A DNA stretch of 59,399 nt, counting the filler, from Sphacelaria rigidula (taxonomy: Eukaryota): assembly GCA_964200075.2 (NCBI GenBank). It is 8 parts of 8 records of this genome, joined end to end, with 100 filler letters (N's around TTAATTAATTAA, not from the genome) between each part and the next. Parts side by side here need not be neighbours in the genome. Positions count along the whole stretch, not along the records: positions 44,626 to 51,962 come from CAXNAA020015373.1; positions 52,063 to 59,399 come from CAXNAA020015374.1; 6 more parts are not named here. One strand, given 5' to 3'. Under the pieces are notes generated by a model. That model was given only the letters and a program-made list of their open reading frames with translations, did no database searches and was not told where the DNA came from. The translations under genes were made by a program, and so were the position numbers. Numbering within the stretch: the stretch's first letter is position 1; each line of letters begins with the position of its first letter. Shown here in pieces: positions 47,901 to 59,399 of this stretch.

Positions 47901-50265
47901 GAGTGGAGTATAGAGTCCGCGATGACCATTTGTGCTTATGAAATACAATGTCTTCGGTGGGGTCTGTGATGCGACCCAAGGCGGAATTGTCGATGGGTTG
48001 GGCTGGCAAGGGCAAGCGTGACAGGAAGTCGGCGTTTGCGTTTTGGGGACCTGTGCGGTACTTCAACGTGAAGCTGTAGGAAGACAGGATTTCAAACCAG
48101 CGTTGAACCCGGGCGTTGTGTTCCGCCATTTTGGCGAGGTTTTCCAAAGACTTATGGTCGGTATAAATCACAAACGGGAGGTCATACAAATATTGTCGGA
48201 GTCGTCGCACTCCCCAAACAATTGCACCGGCTTCTTGTTCCATGACGGACCAGTTCTGTTCGTTTGGGTAGGTGGTTCGGCTCAGATGTACAATGGGGCG
48301 AACAATAGCATCGTCTTGTTCCTGTTCCAGCGTGCAGCTAAACCTAATTTTCGAAGAATCCGTGTGAAGTCGGAACGGACGGGAGCCATTTTCAGCAGCT
48401 GGTCAGTCGGGAAAAACCAGAATTGGCGGCTTTGACAATGTGTTGAGCTGCTCTCGTACAATTTTTTCCATTGCAGACGTGAACACGAATTTCACCCCCT
48501 TCTTGAGGAGGGTGGTGAGGGGTTCCAGAGCTTAGGCTAAATTTGGCAGATATTGGCGGTAGTAACTCAAACCACCGAGTAAAGAGCGCAGTTGAGAGAA
48601 ATCGCGTGGCATGGGCATCTCTCTAAGTGTGGCAACTTTGTCGAGGTTGGGGCTACGACCGTCAGGGCTGATACAATGACCTAGGAACTCAATGCGCGTG
48701 GCTCCAATGCGGGATTCAGATGGGGCGAGCTTCAAATTGAGTTGTTCAAAACGAGCAAAGAAGGACGCCAAATATTCGACGTGCTCAGCAGGTGTACTGC
48801 CGTGAACCACCGCATCGTCGAGGTACATGCGGCATTTGGACAGTCCATCAATGACGCGAAACATCACCCGTTGAAAGGCTCCTGGGGCGCCGGCGGCACC
48901 TTGTGAAGTGACCAGTCACTCATACAGACCTGACGGGGTGCAAAACGCCGTCAGCTCGATAGAGTGCGGATCCATCACCAGTTGGTGGTAACCGGACTGC
49001 ATGTCGAAGCTCGAAAAAACTTTGCCCCCGCCGAGGGAGTCGATGATTTCATCTATCCGGGGAAGAGGTAGACGTGCGATTTTGGTGACTGCGTTCAATC
49101 GTTGATAATTGACGGTCAGTCGGATCTTACCATTCTTCTTCCGGACGACTACCAAAGGCGAGGCCCACGGAGACGTTGAGTGCCGTATTAACCCGGCGGA
49201 CAAGTATTCGTCGAGAATTACTTGAATTTTACCCGCTAGAAGAGGGTTTGTACGGTACGGACGCATGGCGATAGGTGTCGTACCATCAGGAATGTTGATT
49301 TTGAACGGTATAGTGTTGCAGCGGCCTAAATCTGTTGACGATTTGGAAAACCGTTCAGAGTATCGTATCAAGATGGAGCGCAACCGATCAATCACCGTGG
49401 GTGTCCAACCCTCACCAGATAAATCAAACGCAATGTGTCTCAAATGGGGGGGAATTTCATCCCATAATCGTTGAAAACTAACACGTTGCTCTGGCGAGAA
49501 TGTATCTAGTAAGGCAGTCGGAGGGTTTGTGTCAGGCGCATCAGTCGATTCGTCTACAACCATGGGGTCAGTCTTGTCGAACGAAGTGGAACCGTTTGTC
49601 TCTGAGCTGTCTGATGATGTTTGCGGTGGCACCTTCAGACATACATTCGACAAGGCTGCCCGTAGGAGGGGCGCTTGAGCAAAACCCAACAACTGACCAG
49701 GGAGGACATCGAGACATGCAGAGGACGTGAGGGGAATGGATTGCCGACCCTCATGGACAAATACATCGGTCTGATCAAAGGGGGGAATACTCTCTGGGGT
49801 TTGGTTGGGATTGGTTAAGGCGACCAAGTACTGTCCAGTGAGGGCGGAGGATCCGTTCCGTCTCACAAGATTCACATAGATGTGTTGAGGTTCACGGGAC
49901 AGAGAGACGACGTCGTCTCCAACATAATACAGTCGAAAGGCATCACCTGTTTGTGTTGAGTCATCGACATAGGCCTGAGCCCCCGGATCAGCGTCGTGAC
50001 GTCCCAATTTTAATCTGCCTGTCAGTGGTCGGTTCAAAACAGGCGAGTTTGTCGTGTATGTATGTGTGAAAAAACGCAGCCAGCTATCACGTCCCAAGAT
50101 AACATCAACCGACATGGAACCATCGGGCACAATGAGTCCTAATCGTGCAGTGGGACCCGTGTCATCGAAGAATTACACACTGAGTTGTACTGATTGATCA
50201 ACCGTAAGTGGAATGGAGGCACCAAACCCGCCAAAAACACGAGGCGGAACAGTAGAAAGGCAATG
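44968..50265 (-). mobile_element. Degenerate Ty3/Gypsy LTR retrotransposon pol (protease 3' part - RT - RNase H - spacer - integrase - chromodomain), 5'-truncated
   Basis: Protease ..VILGRDSW; RT SPWASPLVVVRKKNGKIRLTVNYQRLN..PLPRID..TAFCTPSGLYE*..MYLDD; RNase H EQEAGAIVWGVRRLRQYL..IYTDHKSL; HHCC zinc finger (HECH..THLG..CLLCQ); DDE integrase DRFSRH..SDNG..YHPSTNGGTERVN; chromo-like ISGHQLVRGRGG..YQTHWKG..TWERE. In-frame stops at 48916 and 48532 and several frameshifts. Confidence 0.95.
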
Positions 50266-51470
50266 TTTGTTCCCCCAACGAGCAATGACTCGAGTGCTCG
50301 TCCTATTCATTTGTTCCCCCAACGAGCAATGACTCGAGTGCTCGCCCTATTCGTTTGTTCCCCCAAAGAGCAATGACTCGAGTGCTCGCCCTATTCATTT
50401 GTTTCCACAAGGAGCAATGACTCGAGTGCTCGCCCTATTCATTTGTTCCCCCAACGAGCAATGACTCGAGTGCTCGCCCTATTCATATGTTTCCCCAACG
50501 AGCAATGACTCGAGTGCTCGCCCTATTCATTTGTTTCCACAATGAGCAATGACTCGAGTGCTCGTCCTATTCATTTGTTCCCCCAGCGAGCAATGACTCG
50601 AGTGCTCGTCCTATTCATTTGTTCCCCCAACGAGCAATGACTCGAGTGATCGCCCTATTCGTTTGTTCCCCCAACGAGCAATGACTCGAGTGCTCGCCCT
50701 ATTCATTTATTTCCTCAATGAGCAATGACTCGAGTGCTCGTCCTATTCATTTGTTCCCCCAGCGAGCAATGACTCGAGCGCTCGTCCTATCCATTTTTAC
50801 GGCCAGCGAGCAATGGCTCGAGTGCTCGCTCTATTCATCTGTTCCTCCAACGAGCAATGACTCGAGTGCTCGTCCTATTCATTTGTTTCCACAATGAGCA
50901 ATGACTCGAGTGCACGCCCTATTCATCTGTTTCCCCAACGAGCAATGACTCGAGTGCTCGCCCTATTCGTTTGTTCCCCCAACGAGCAATGACTCGAGTG
51001 CTCGCTCTATTCATTTGTTTCCCCAACGAGTAATGACTCGAGTGCTCGTCCTATTCATTTGTTTCCACAAGGAGCAATGACTCGAGTGCTCGTCCTATTC
51101 ATCTGTTTCCCCAACGAGCAATGACTCGAGTGCTCGCTCTATTCATTTGTTTCCACAAGGAGCAATGACTCGAGTGCTCGCTCTATTCATATGTTTCCCC
51201 AACGAGCAATGACTCGAGTGCTCGTCCTATTCATTTGTTCCCCCAACGAGCAATGACTCGAGCGCTCGCTCTGTTCATTTGTTTCCACAATGAGCAATGA
51301 CTCGAGTGCACGCCCTATTCATTTGTTCCCCCAACGAGCAATGACTCGAGTGCTCGCTCTATTCATTTGTTTCCCCAACGAGCAATGACTCGAGTGCTCG
51401 TCCTATCCATTTTTACGGCCAGCGAGCAATGACTCGAGTGCTCGTCCTATTCATTTGTTTCCCCAACGAG
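50266..51470. repeat. Tandem array of 27 x 44-bp units with palindromic core
   Basis: Unit AACGAGCAATGACTCGAGTGCTCGYCCTATTCATTTGTTYCCCC; unit starts at 50277, 50321 ... 51377, 51421, 51465 (1188 bp = 27 x 44). Confidence 0.98.
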
Positions 51471-51962
51471 CAGCCCAACGAGTGCGAGTGCCACGAGTCA
51501 CACTCGTGCTCGTTCGACGTGTGCAAATCAGTGTGTCCTTGGGTAATTGGGCGGCATAATAATATTTTAGCTGGTACGAGTGTCCCCGGGTGTGTCTTCG
51601 TCGACGGTGAACAGTGTTTCCTATTCGTTGCTGTGGGTGGAAAGCGTGAATGCGTGTCTCCGTTTGTGCTCTTCGACGGTGGAGGTTGTCATTTACCCGT
51701 TCCTGCAAGTACGATCATCAAATATCACTAAACTTCTTCCTCATATCCTGCTTCCGGGACATGTGTCACCATACGCACACAGCAGACAATGCTCCACTCA
51801 CAACTATGACCTGTGCCGTTACGCAATGCGAGCAACGATGACCGGTTCTCATGTATCGGCTGTTGATCTCGTTGACCGTGGCGGCGTACGCCGCCGAACC
51901 CCTTATAACAACAAATTGTGAGAATTGAGGTTTAACTTCGAGATGAGGCTCAAGCCCAAAAC

Positions 51963-52062
51963 NNNNNNNNNNNNNNNNNNNNNNNNNNNNNNNNNNNNNN
52001 NNNNNNTTAATTAATTAANNNNNNNNNNNNNNNNNNNNNNNNNNNNNNNNNNNNNNNNNNNN
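51963..52062. other. Artificial contig spacer
   Basis: Same linker. Confidence 0.99.
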
Positions 52063-52249
52063 AACACTGATTACACCCTGCCAAAGGTTATGACAAAACA
52101 GCATTGGGTGTGCAATAGTGGATGGCAAAACCCTATTTGAAATTCCAATAGCAGCGTGTGCAGCTAAGAACAATAAAATGGTGTGCCAGTGGACATGTTG
52201 GGGTTATTTCCCCGTGTGCTGCCTACATATACCGAGTCTGGCCAAAGGA

Positions 52250-53010
52250 CTCTCGAACTCCAGCTGAGAATAGGCCATGTATAGTTTAAACCGAGCGAAG
52301 TTCGTGATCACATTTGCCGCTCTCTTCTTAATCGGTGTGTGTTCCCAACCGTTTTCCGCTGTGTATTGCGGCATCCTGTAGTCGGGTTTGCCCATGTAAT
52401 ACGGGTCGCGGACGGCGGATTGCACCCCCAGCTTCTCAGCACGCACAGGATATCCTCGAGCACCGCTTCGCCCACATACGAGCCGGAGTGGGGTCTCACC
52501 GGAATCCAACAAAGGAGCAGATCATGCCCGCAGCGCGCCACGGTGACTTGGTGCATATATATTATGGCGGGGAGCGCCGAAATACATCACGCAAGGGTCC
52601 GAAGAGAGGTGACGTAGACTTCTTGATTGATGTAGGATGGAAGGCAGCAGCGGCCGTACTACCAACTATCGCCGGAGAGAGAAGTGTAGCGCTGAGAGCC
52701 CCAGTGCGGGACTCCCCTGACCATATCATTGGACCACAGACAGTGCGTCGGGTCTGGCAACATAGGGCACCACACTCCGGCCGAGACGGTAGCGGGGTCG
52801 GCTAATTGCAAAGGGGTATAAGTATTGCGGGGTCAGGTTGGTGTCGCTTGCGTGAGGTGTGCGCGTGAGCCCGACGTTCATCGTGGTCGACCACCATATT
52901 ATAAAACATGAGGTCGGGCGCGAATTCGAAGCCGCGATCGGTGGGGACTGTGCTGTAAAGCAGAGAATGGCTGCAGTGTGTTTTGCCCACCAGAATCGGG
53001 TTTCCACATT
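52250..53010 (-). pseudogene. Possible degraded DNA transposase (hAT-like) fragments
   Basis: RPHSGSYVGEAVLEDILCVLRSWG..IT and FWWAKH...IAASNS..CF weakly recall hAT motifs, but their order is not the canonical one. Confidence 0.25.
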
Positions 53011-55740
53011 GTCGAGGCACAGTGTTTACTTCCACACCTAACAAATGCATAATTTGCTTCTGCGACATGGTGTCCAACCGAGAGAGCAGAAGAGACAAAC
53101 GCACGCACTCAGCGTGCGGTTCGCCGGATGATATGTAGACCGCAGCCCAGCCCGCAGTGAAGTGGACTTTGTTTTGTACTGTCTGTCACAACCCCTCAAC
53201 CATGATGGTGTACAAGAGGTTGCGCCCCGGGTCAAATGCACAACCCGCTACCGCAACCCGTCTTCCGTATATTGTAGTCGCCGTTGCGCTGTAGTGCATC
53301 TAAAACCTCCACGGCGACCTCGGCGCGATGCGCGCTCAAGAGTGCGTGAGCAGTTGTACTACTACATGCTCTGTTTCCGTCCGCACAAAACCGGGGTGGG
53401 GTCAAAATGCGGCAGAATCAAGTTTTAAAACAATCAGGTGGCGAGTCTGCAGCTCTGTGTTCGGTCTGCAGTAACTATTGTATACTCGCTGTACCGCAGA
53501 AGACACGCAAGGCAGGTGCATGCAGGTTGAGGCAAAAAGATTAAACCAGCACGAAGCTTCTGTATCCTCAGTGCCTGTTGGTAGCAGCTGTCTACCTCAC
53601 AGCAGCACAATGTGCGTGTCCAGGGTCAGATTTATGCTTATCAAAATCTTGGAAAACTGCCCTACAGGGTCCGCAAATTTTTGTTGTTGCTGGCTTACGA
53701 TCATGGTAGACGTAGACACACCAGTTATCTCACATGATTTGGACGTGGTCGCATAAGACATCGCCCTAGGAAACAAAGGCATACAACGAACCTTGCCAGT
53801 GGTGGCGGGGTCACCTTTCCTAACCATCCTGCTTATCCAGCATCAACATCGCAGGGCTGGTACCTCTGTCGGGCACGAACCAGGTTCTACTGCCACAATC
53901 AGTTGCCCCCCGCACACAAACGCTCATGTATCCCTTCTTACTGATCGATACGAGTAATCGGTACACTGTACTACAGTATGCAAGCTAATTCGATGAGCCG
54001 GCAGTGCATCTCGATGAGCCGGCAGTGCATCTCGAGAAACATCGAGCTGAGGTAAGCAACGATGACTGATGATTACCCACGGCTCTGTGTTCTCACACGA
54101 CTGGCAAGCCAAACATATGCGGTGCAACTAAAGACTACACGGATAATACAGAGCAGCATATTGAGAACCGTTTGTGCACAGTAGATTTTGGGACATCGTT
54201 CCAGCTTTGAAAACTAGAACACTACCAGGCATATTCAAATCAACTGGTTACTCGCGCGGACTGAACATAACGGATGTATCCTTTTTTCGTTCGAGTCAAC
54301 GAACATACTTTCCCGGGCAGCGGCGACGATCAGCTTTCGCATGAAAAGAGACTCATTACAAACCTCATGTATTATCTATGCATGCTACCCACATGGTGCA
54401 CACTCAACGAATCCATCAACATGAAATGTTAACCCAAATGTCAAAATACACCACACATGCAATGTACAAAATAACAGTAATCGCCGCCGCCATCGGAAAA
54501 ATTGGTCGTACCTCCCACAAAGAGAACGGTATATCCGGTTGTACTCTCCCACAAGCGACCCAACACGCCATATTTCCCCCCCAACCCTCCACGTGCATGA
54601 GGTTCCTTCTTTTCAGGCTATAAGCGCATAAGTGTCTATTCCAAATGAGTCCCCACATTGCTCCTACGACAGTGTAACGGACACAACGATCGACTTGACT
54701 CATATCCAGTGCAACGCGTATTCTTCCGTGCACAATATTGCCCGAACAGGGATACATTGATTGCTTGCGAGACTAATCGGAACTAATGAAGTTTTTTTTT
54801 ATGCGAGACATGAGCTCAGTTCCTTTTTTTTTTTCTTCTTCTTCTTCCTCATTTTTCTTTCCTCCTTGGACATGAACGATAATGAAACGACATGCACCTA
54901 AGTCATTGTTCTCCTCTGAACCGGCATGTAACACACTATGCTCACTCATCCCATCAACAACCATGAAACGCCAATCAATTCCAACAGCTGACATGACAAC
55001 ATTCTGTGTCGGGCAACGCGATCAACAGACCACTGATCACAGCAAAAAATAAAAAAGAAGGAGAAAAAAGGAAATGGCTCATGCCCCGCACAAAATAAAT
55101 CATTATTCAGGATCGTTTGCCGCAAGCAATCCTCACGCAGCGTTTCATTTGTTTTCATTTTGGCATTTTGTTTTTGCCTCACTCTTGATTTCTGCCTTCA
55201 TTTTGTTGTACGTCGATACACGACCCACTCAGACTCAGACTAAATATCACCGGTTGAGTAAGCACCGACTTGAGTGGAAATGTTACTCGTTTTGTTGTTT
55301 TTTCTCCTCCAGTTTTTTTTGTGGAATATTTGAACCGTCGGCATCATAGTAGGTCGCTCACCAGCGTTGAATAGAACTGGTGTACGCTTGTTTAATACGG
55401 GATATGAGCTCATTCTTCTCTTCTTTTTTTTTGTCAAGAAAGCGGCGATAAAACATTTTTTCATATACATAACCGACGTATACTTTACTCACAATATACG
55501 CTACATTATGCATGATTATCCCACTATCACCCATGAAATGTCAAGCAACACACAATGTCTACTCACATGTGAAAATATGCCGTGGAAGCAACGCGATTAA
55601 TATACTACACCGCCGCCGCAAAAATAAGGAAAGAAGAAGAAGGATTGGTTCATTTTCCGCATTGAAAAATCGATATATCCAGGTCTGCTCGCCTGCGAGT
55701 AACTTCCATACATTCCATTTATTTTTTTTGCACCACGCAG

Positions 55741-56461
55741 TTGAGGAAATCTATGCACAAGCCAACTCTCCACAGGTCTACCCCCTACCAGGTAAGCCCT
55801 GCCTCAAGGTGGGGCGTCAAATGACAGGTACAACAATGGGTGGCTCGATCAGCTCCCACCCATCCATCTATCGGAAGAATACTTTTCTCTACATTCACTT
55901 TCTTTTTATAGTAGCGTCCCAGAGCCCTTCTGTGAGTACCGCGAACCATACCATTGTCGGTACCGCACCACAGCACGATTATACATGCGACCTAGAGCAC
56001 AACACGACACACGCAACAAGACACCCAGGAGTCCGTCCAGCAACACAGGTAATATCATCCAGTTCAGGTACGAGCCGAGACGGGGAACAGAACCGGGAGG
56101 GTATCGTAGCAACATGTACTGGCAGTTTTATCCTCAAGCCCTAGTGCCAAGATTGTTCGACCATTTGAAAAATAAAAAAAGGGGAGATGAGAAACAGTTT
56201 CCCACTGTTGCATCTCATGCAACAACAGCTCTACGATCACGAGCACTGAAACTCTGGAGGAGAGCACATGTGATGACCACAATACATGCTGAATTGCCAC
56301 TCATCCGCAATGCTCCTGGGCTTTCTCCGGCGACGACCCTTGCGTCCGGCTTCTCACCTTACCGACGCTCTCGCTGCCCGTACACCATAGGGTTTCATCC
56401 TTGCGGTGACAGTTTAGCTTTTGGGAACTCTGACATTGTATTTTGTGCTCAACCTTGCTGA
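55741..56461 (+). CDS. Putative spliced exons of an unknown protein (55741-55791 joined to 56049-56461)
   Basis: T-rich tract + CACGCAG| acceptor, CCAG|GTAAGC donor, CACAG| acceptor; phase-1 join gives VEEIYAQANSPQVYPLP-GNIIQFRYEPRRGTEPGGYRSNMYWQFYPQALVPRLFDHLK; no recognisable domain. Confidence 0.4.
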
Positions 56462-58099
56462 CTATATTTTATCTTGTTTGTGTTTGTCACCGTTGTGTTT
56501 TCGCTTGTACTGCATCACCGGATATTATTTTTGCGGTGACCGTTTTTGTCCTGGGAAAAACACGAGTTAAGTGGGTCTCGCATATTTTGTATTTTGGGAT
56601 TTTAGTCGCAGTGCATATATATTCTACACACGTACAATTCCTCGCGTACTGATGTCTATACTTGTTGCATTGAGTGATGAGGTCCTTTTCGTACCCTTAT
56701 TTATATCATAAGTTATGTGTCGAATTCAGTGCTCGACACGGAACGAGTCGATACGCGACAGGAGTGACAAGACCAAGGCAAGCTCTTTCTTCATGTACTC
56801 AGTGCTCCCAACTTGTGCTGACCCTGGCTGACCTTACACTTTATTACCTTCATCCCACACCCTTGTCCTGGGTATATGTGTCATCACCGAGAGAAATGGC
56901 GCTAAATGCAGTGGCGACCGGTTATCCCCCACCAGGCCACGCCGGGACGCGGAAGCACGGTACATCGAGAACGGTATGTGTCCGCGTGGAATACAAGCTA
57001 CTGGTTTCCTCGGTTGGGTGATTGCTGTACGTCCTTTGTTTACATAGCAGAACTAACTGTTAGGTGTGACTGAACACCGCGTGTCCTATCACATCTTGCC
57101 AAGGGCTATGATGATTGCTTTCGTAACAGTCGCTCCCGCCAATAGTCCATGTTGCGTGCCACGCTTCACTCTGGTGTTGCAGTGTTCATCTCGAGCGTGG
57201 ATGCTTCTATGTTTCATTTATTTTATTATGCTGCTTTAGCTTTGCTTTCATACTCACGAATGACAACCGTCTTTTCTTGAACAGTGTGGTATATGAAGAC
57301 CGTATCGCGACTCTATCGTGACGACCCATCGTCGAAATACTGGTATCCGGCACAATATCTTCTTCCGTTACGGTCAACTCAGGTGCTCTTTTGATGTAAA
57401 TTTCTCCCAGATCTATTCATCGAGCTATTCTAGTTGTCATCTTACAGCTCATGCGCTTGGTGTTTTGGGAGGTATGTCATCCTTTAGCTGTACTGTTCAC
57501 AAGATTTGAGAACGATCCGCCCCATAGCGTTTCATGTCTGCAAGCGTTGAACCGGATATAGCCGCTTATTGCAGTAATTTGTCAGGAGTGTTGGACACCT
57601 GAGGTTTGTGCTCCGAATTCGTTTAGTTTCATATCCAAAACCCCCAACACTATCAGCACTTTCCCCCCATTTATCCAGTGCAGCTGTTGAAATTTAGTGG
57701 CAAGAAAAGAAGAGGGGGAGAGAAAAGAAACAACAATCGCCAGCTTAACCGAACACGAGCTGCTCTATTCAACGATACGAAGGGGGAAGACTCGAAGAAC
57801 GCTTTTCAGAGTGCTACATCAGGGACGATTAGTGTCTGTTGTGGGTACCGGTGATGACCATATGTCAACTTTAGTCATCCAGCGACAACTGATTTGTGAC
57901 CTGACAACACTGATACACACTAAATACGCGCACATTGAATTAACACACACCGTGCTATTTTTGCAGGGTCATTTCTGCCCGAACAGTACGAACAGAGACT
58001 ACCTCGAGTACGCTCGATCATACGGGTGTAGACGCTGGGAAAAGGCCGGTCTCAACTTATAACGATGGTAAACAGTTGCCTTTTGTAGCCCTGATTTGG

Positions 58100-58950
58100 A
58101 GATCGACTTCCAGCACACTCACTGCATGTGTACATCCGGTATTCGATACATACCACAGGTCATCGACTGGGCACTGAAACATCCTGCCCACCCCCGACTG
58201 ACGAAAGAGTCGATACCGGTGCCCCGCATCCTATTCTTGATCCTGTGTCGAACCTCCGTTATGCCTAGACTAATTTGCAACCAAAAGGGGGGGAGCCCGC
58301 AGCAGCATGAGTGAGGTATTTATGTAGATGACTTCAGGTATCGATAGACTACCATCCCGCGAATCACCCAGGATGTCAAAGTACCGTTAAAAGGGTACGG
58401 ACAAGTGGGACGGGGACGTAGACTCAACCTGTTGGACCAAACGTACACTCCCAGATCCATCCGTCCCTTCCAACATGCCTTACTTCAAATACTCTTTAAC
58501 CGTATTCTCCCGGCTGCCCTAAACACGCGTGGACGACAAATAAGCGGCACTGACACCGCGTTATGTCTGGAGAATTTTGTGGAACAAATATTGACACGAA
58601 CCAAATCAGGTTAGGGTAGTCCTAGAAGACAAACAGGGAAACTAAAGACGGAGTGCAAGCATCATAGAACACGTCTCGGGAACGTCGGCAATAGAGTTGA
58701 GACAGGTGAGCTATTTGAGTTCTGATCCATACGAGCGCGCGAGATACCCGAACGACGAGTGGTTGAAATTCAACAGGGGGGAATTGCGTGAAATTCGCAG
58801 TTCAGAGTGAGCGATATCCCGGACATACCGACAACGGGTTGCAAACTCGAGGTAAGCAGAAGCCATGCCACCAAACGCGCACCCCCCCCCCGAGTGAGTG
58901 ATTTACAGGTGAAGAGCCCCATGAAGAATGAACAGGGATGGAACTTCTAC
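58100..58950 (-). mobile_element. Highly degraded non-LTR reverse-transcriptase relic (tentative)
   Basis: Scattered minus-strand peptides (CLNSIAD, YPNLIWFVSIF, SVRLVQQVES, CPVDDLWYV) occur in the order expected for AFNS / SxxGVQQGD / LGVPVG motifs; very decayed. Confidence 0.25.
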
Positions 58951-59399
58951 TACTGAAGCTCGGAGATGCAGCAGGAGATGAGAAAGTAACCCGGTCCCAT
59001 TAGAACAGCCGAATCCAGGTGCAGCCGAAACGAGCCTCTATCCGGTATTTTCTCGATGGAAAGCCATAGAGGAGTGTGTATGGAGTTATCCCTTTCATGC
59101 CAACTCGATAGGTTATACCTGGTAAAACACCTGGCAAATCTATTGAGGGGGAATGTTACAGGGTGGATGATGACCCTGAATAGAAGGCCATAGGGTGATG
59201 CGATTGCGGGTCTGCCGAACCATTCTTCAGCCCTATGACGATTTATAAAAGATAAAGACGCTACCCCCCGCAAGCGCACACGAGGTCAGAGAAAGAGAAA
59301 GACCAAAAACCAATGCAATCCGAGGGCAAATATGTCATATCGTCTCACGATAACCGAACTGAACTGCACTGCACCATTGCTGACTGCTGAATGCGACAT

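Noticed and set aside
50266..51470. CRISPR array
   Set aside because: The inter-core sequences are near-identical variants of one another, not unique spacers. No cas genes are present and the context is eukaryotic.
53990..54035. 21-bp tandem duplication (TCGATGAGCCGGCAGTGCATC x2)
   Set aside because: Simple local slippage duplication with no further structure.

Overview
Eukaryotic, repeat-rich nuclear DNA, most likely from a brown alga (Phaeophyceae). This is an inference from intron-rich genes with short exons and kb-scale introns, a plastid lumen TLP18.3-like exon, a GT10 fucosyltransferase exon, and LINE/Gypsy peptides of the kind recalled from Ectocarpus-like genomes. The window is not one locus. 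It is eight contigs of 7337-7338 bp joined by artificial 100-bp spacers (44 N + TTAATTAATTAA + 44 N), so nothing across a spacer can be treated as linked. Host gene fragments: first exon of a probable secreted orphan protein, last two exons of an SLC17/PHT4-like MFS transporter, last exon of a TLP18.3/Psb32-like protein, one GT10 alpha-1,3-fucosyltransferase exon, six exons of a PPR protein, and a large exon of an ApaH-like/PPP metallophosphoesterase with a ~800-aa low-complexity N-terminus. Mobile DNA: a degenerate chromodomain-bearing Ty3/Gypsy pol (contig 7), a second Gypsy integrase/chromo remnant, LINE remnants, piggyBac-type and hAT-type MITEs, several foldbacks and a tRNA-like SINE head. 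The most unusual structure is a 27 x 44-bp array with a palindromic core that abuts and truncates the Gypsy protease region. It looks CRISPR-like but has no unique spacers and no cas genes. I see no convincing new multi-gene system. Most ORF-track entries are spurious.
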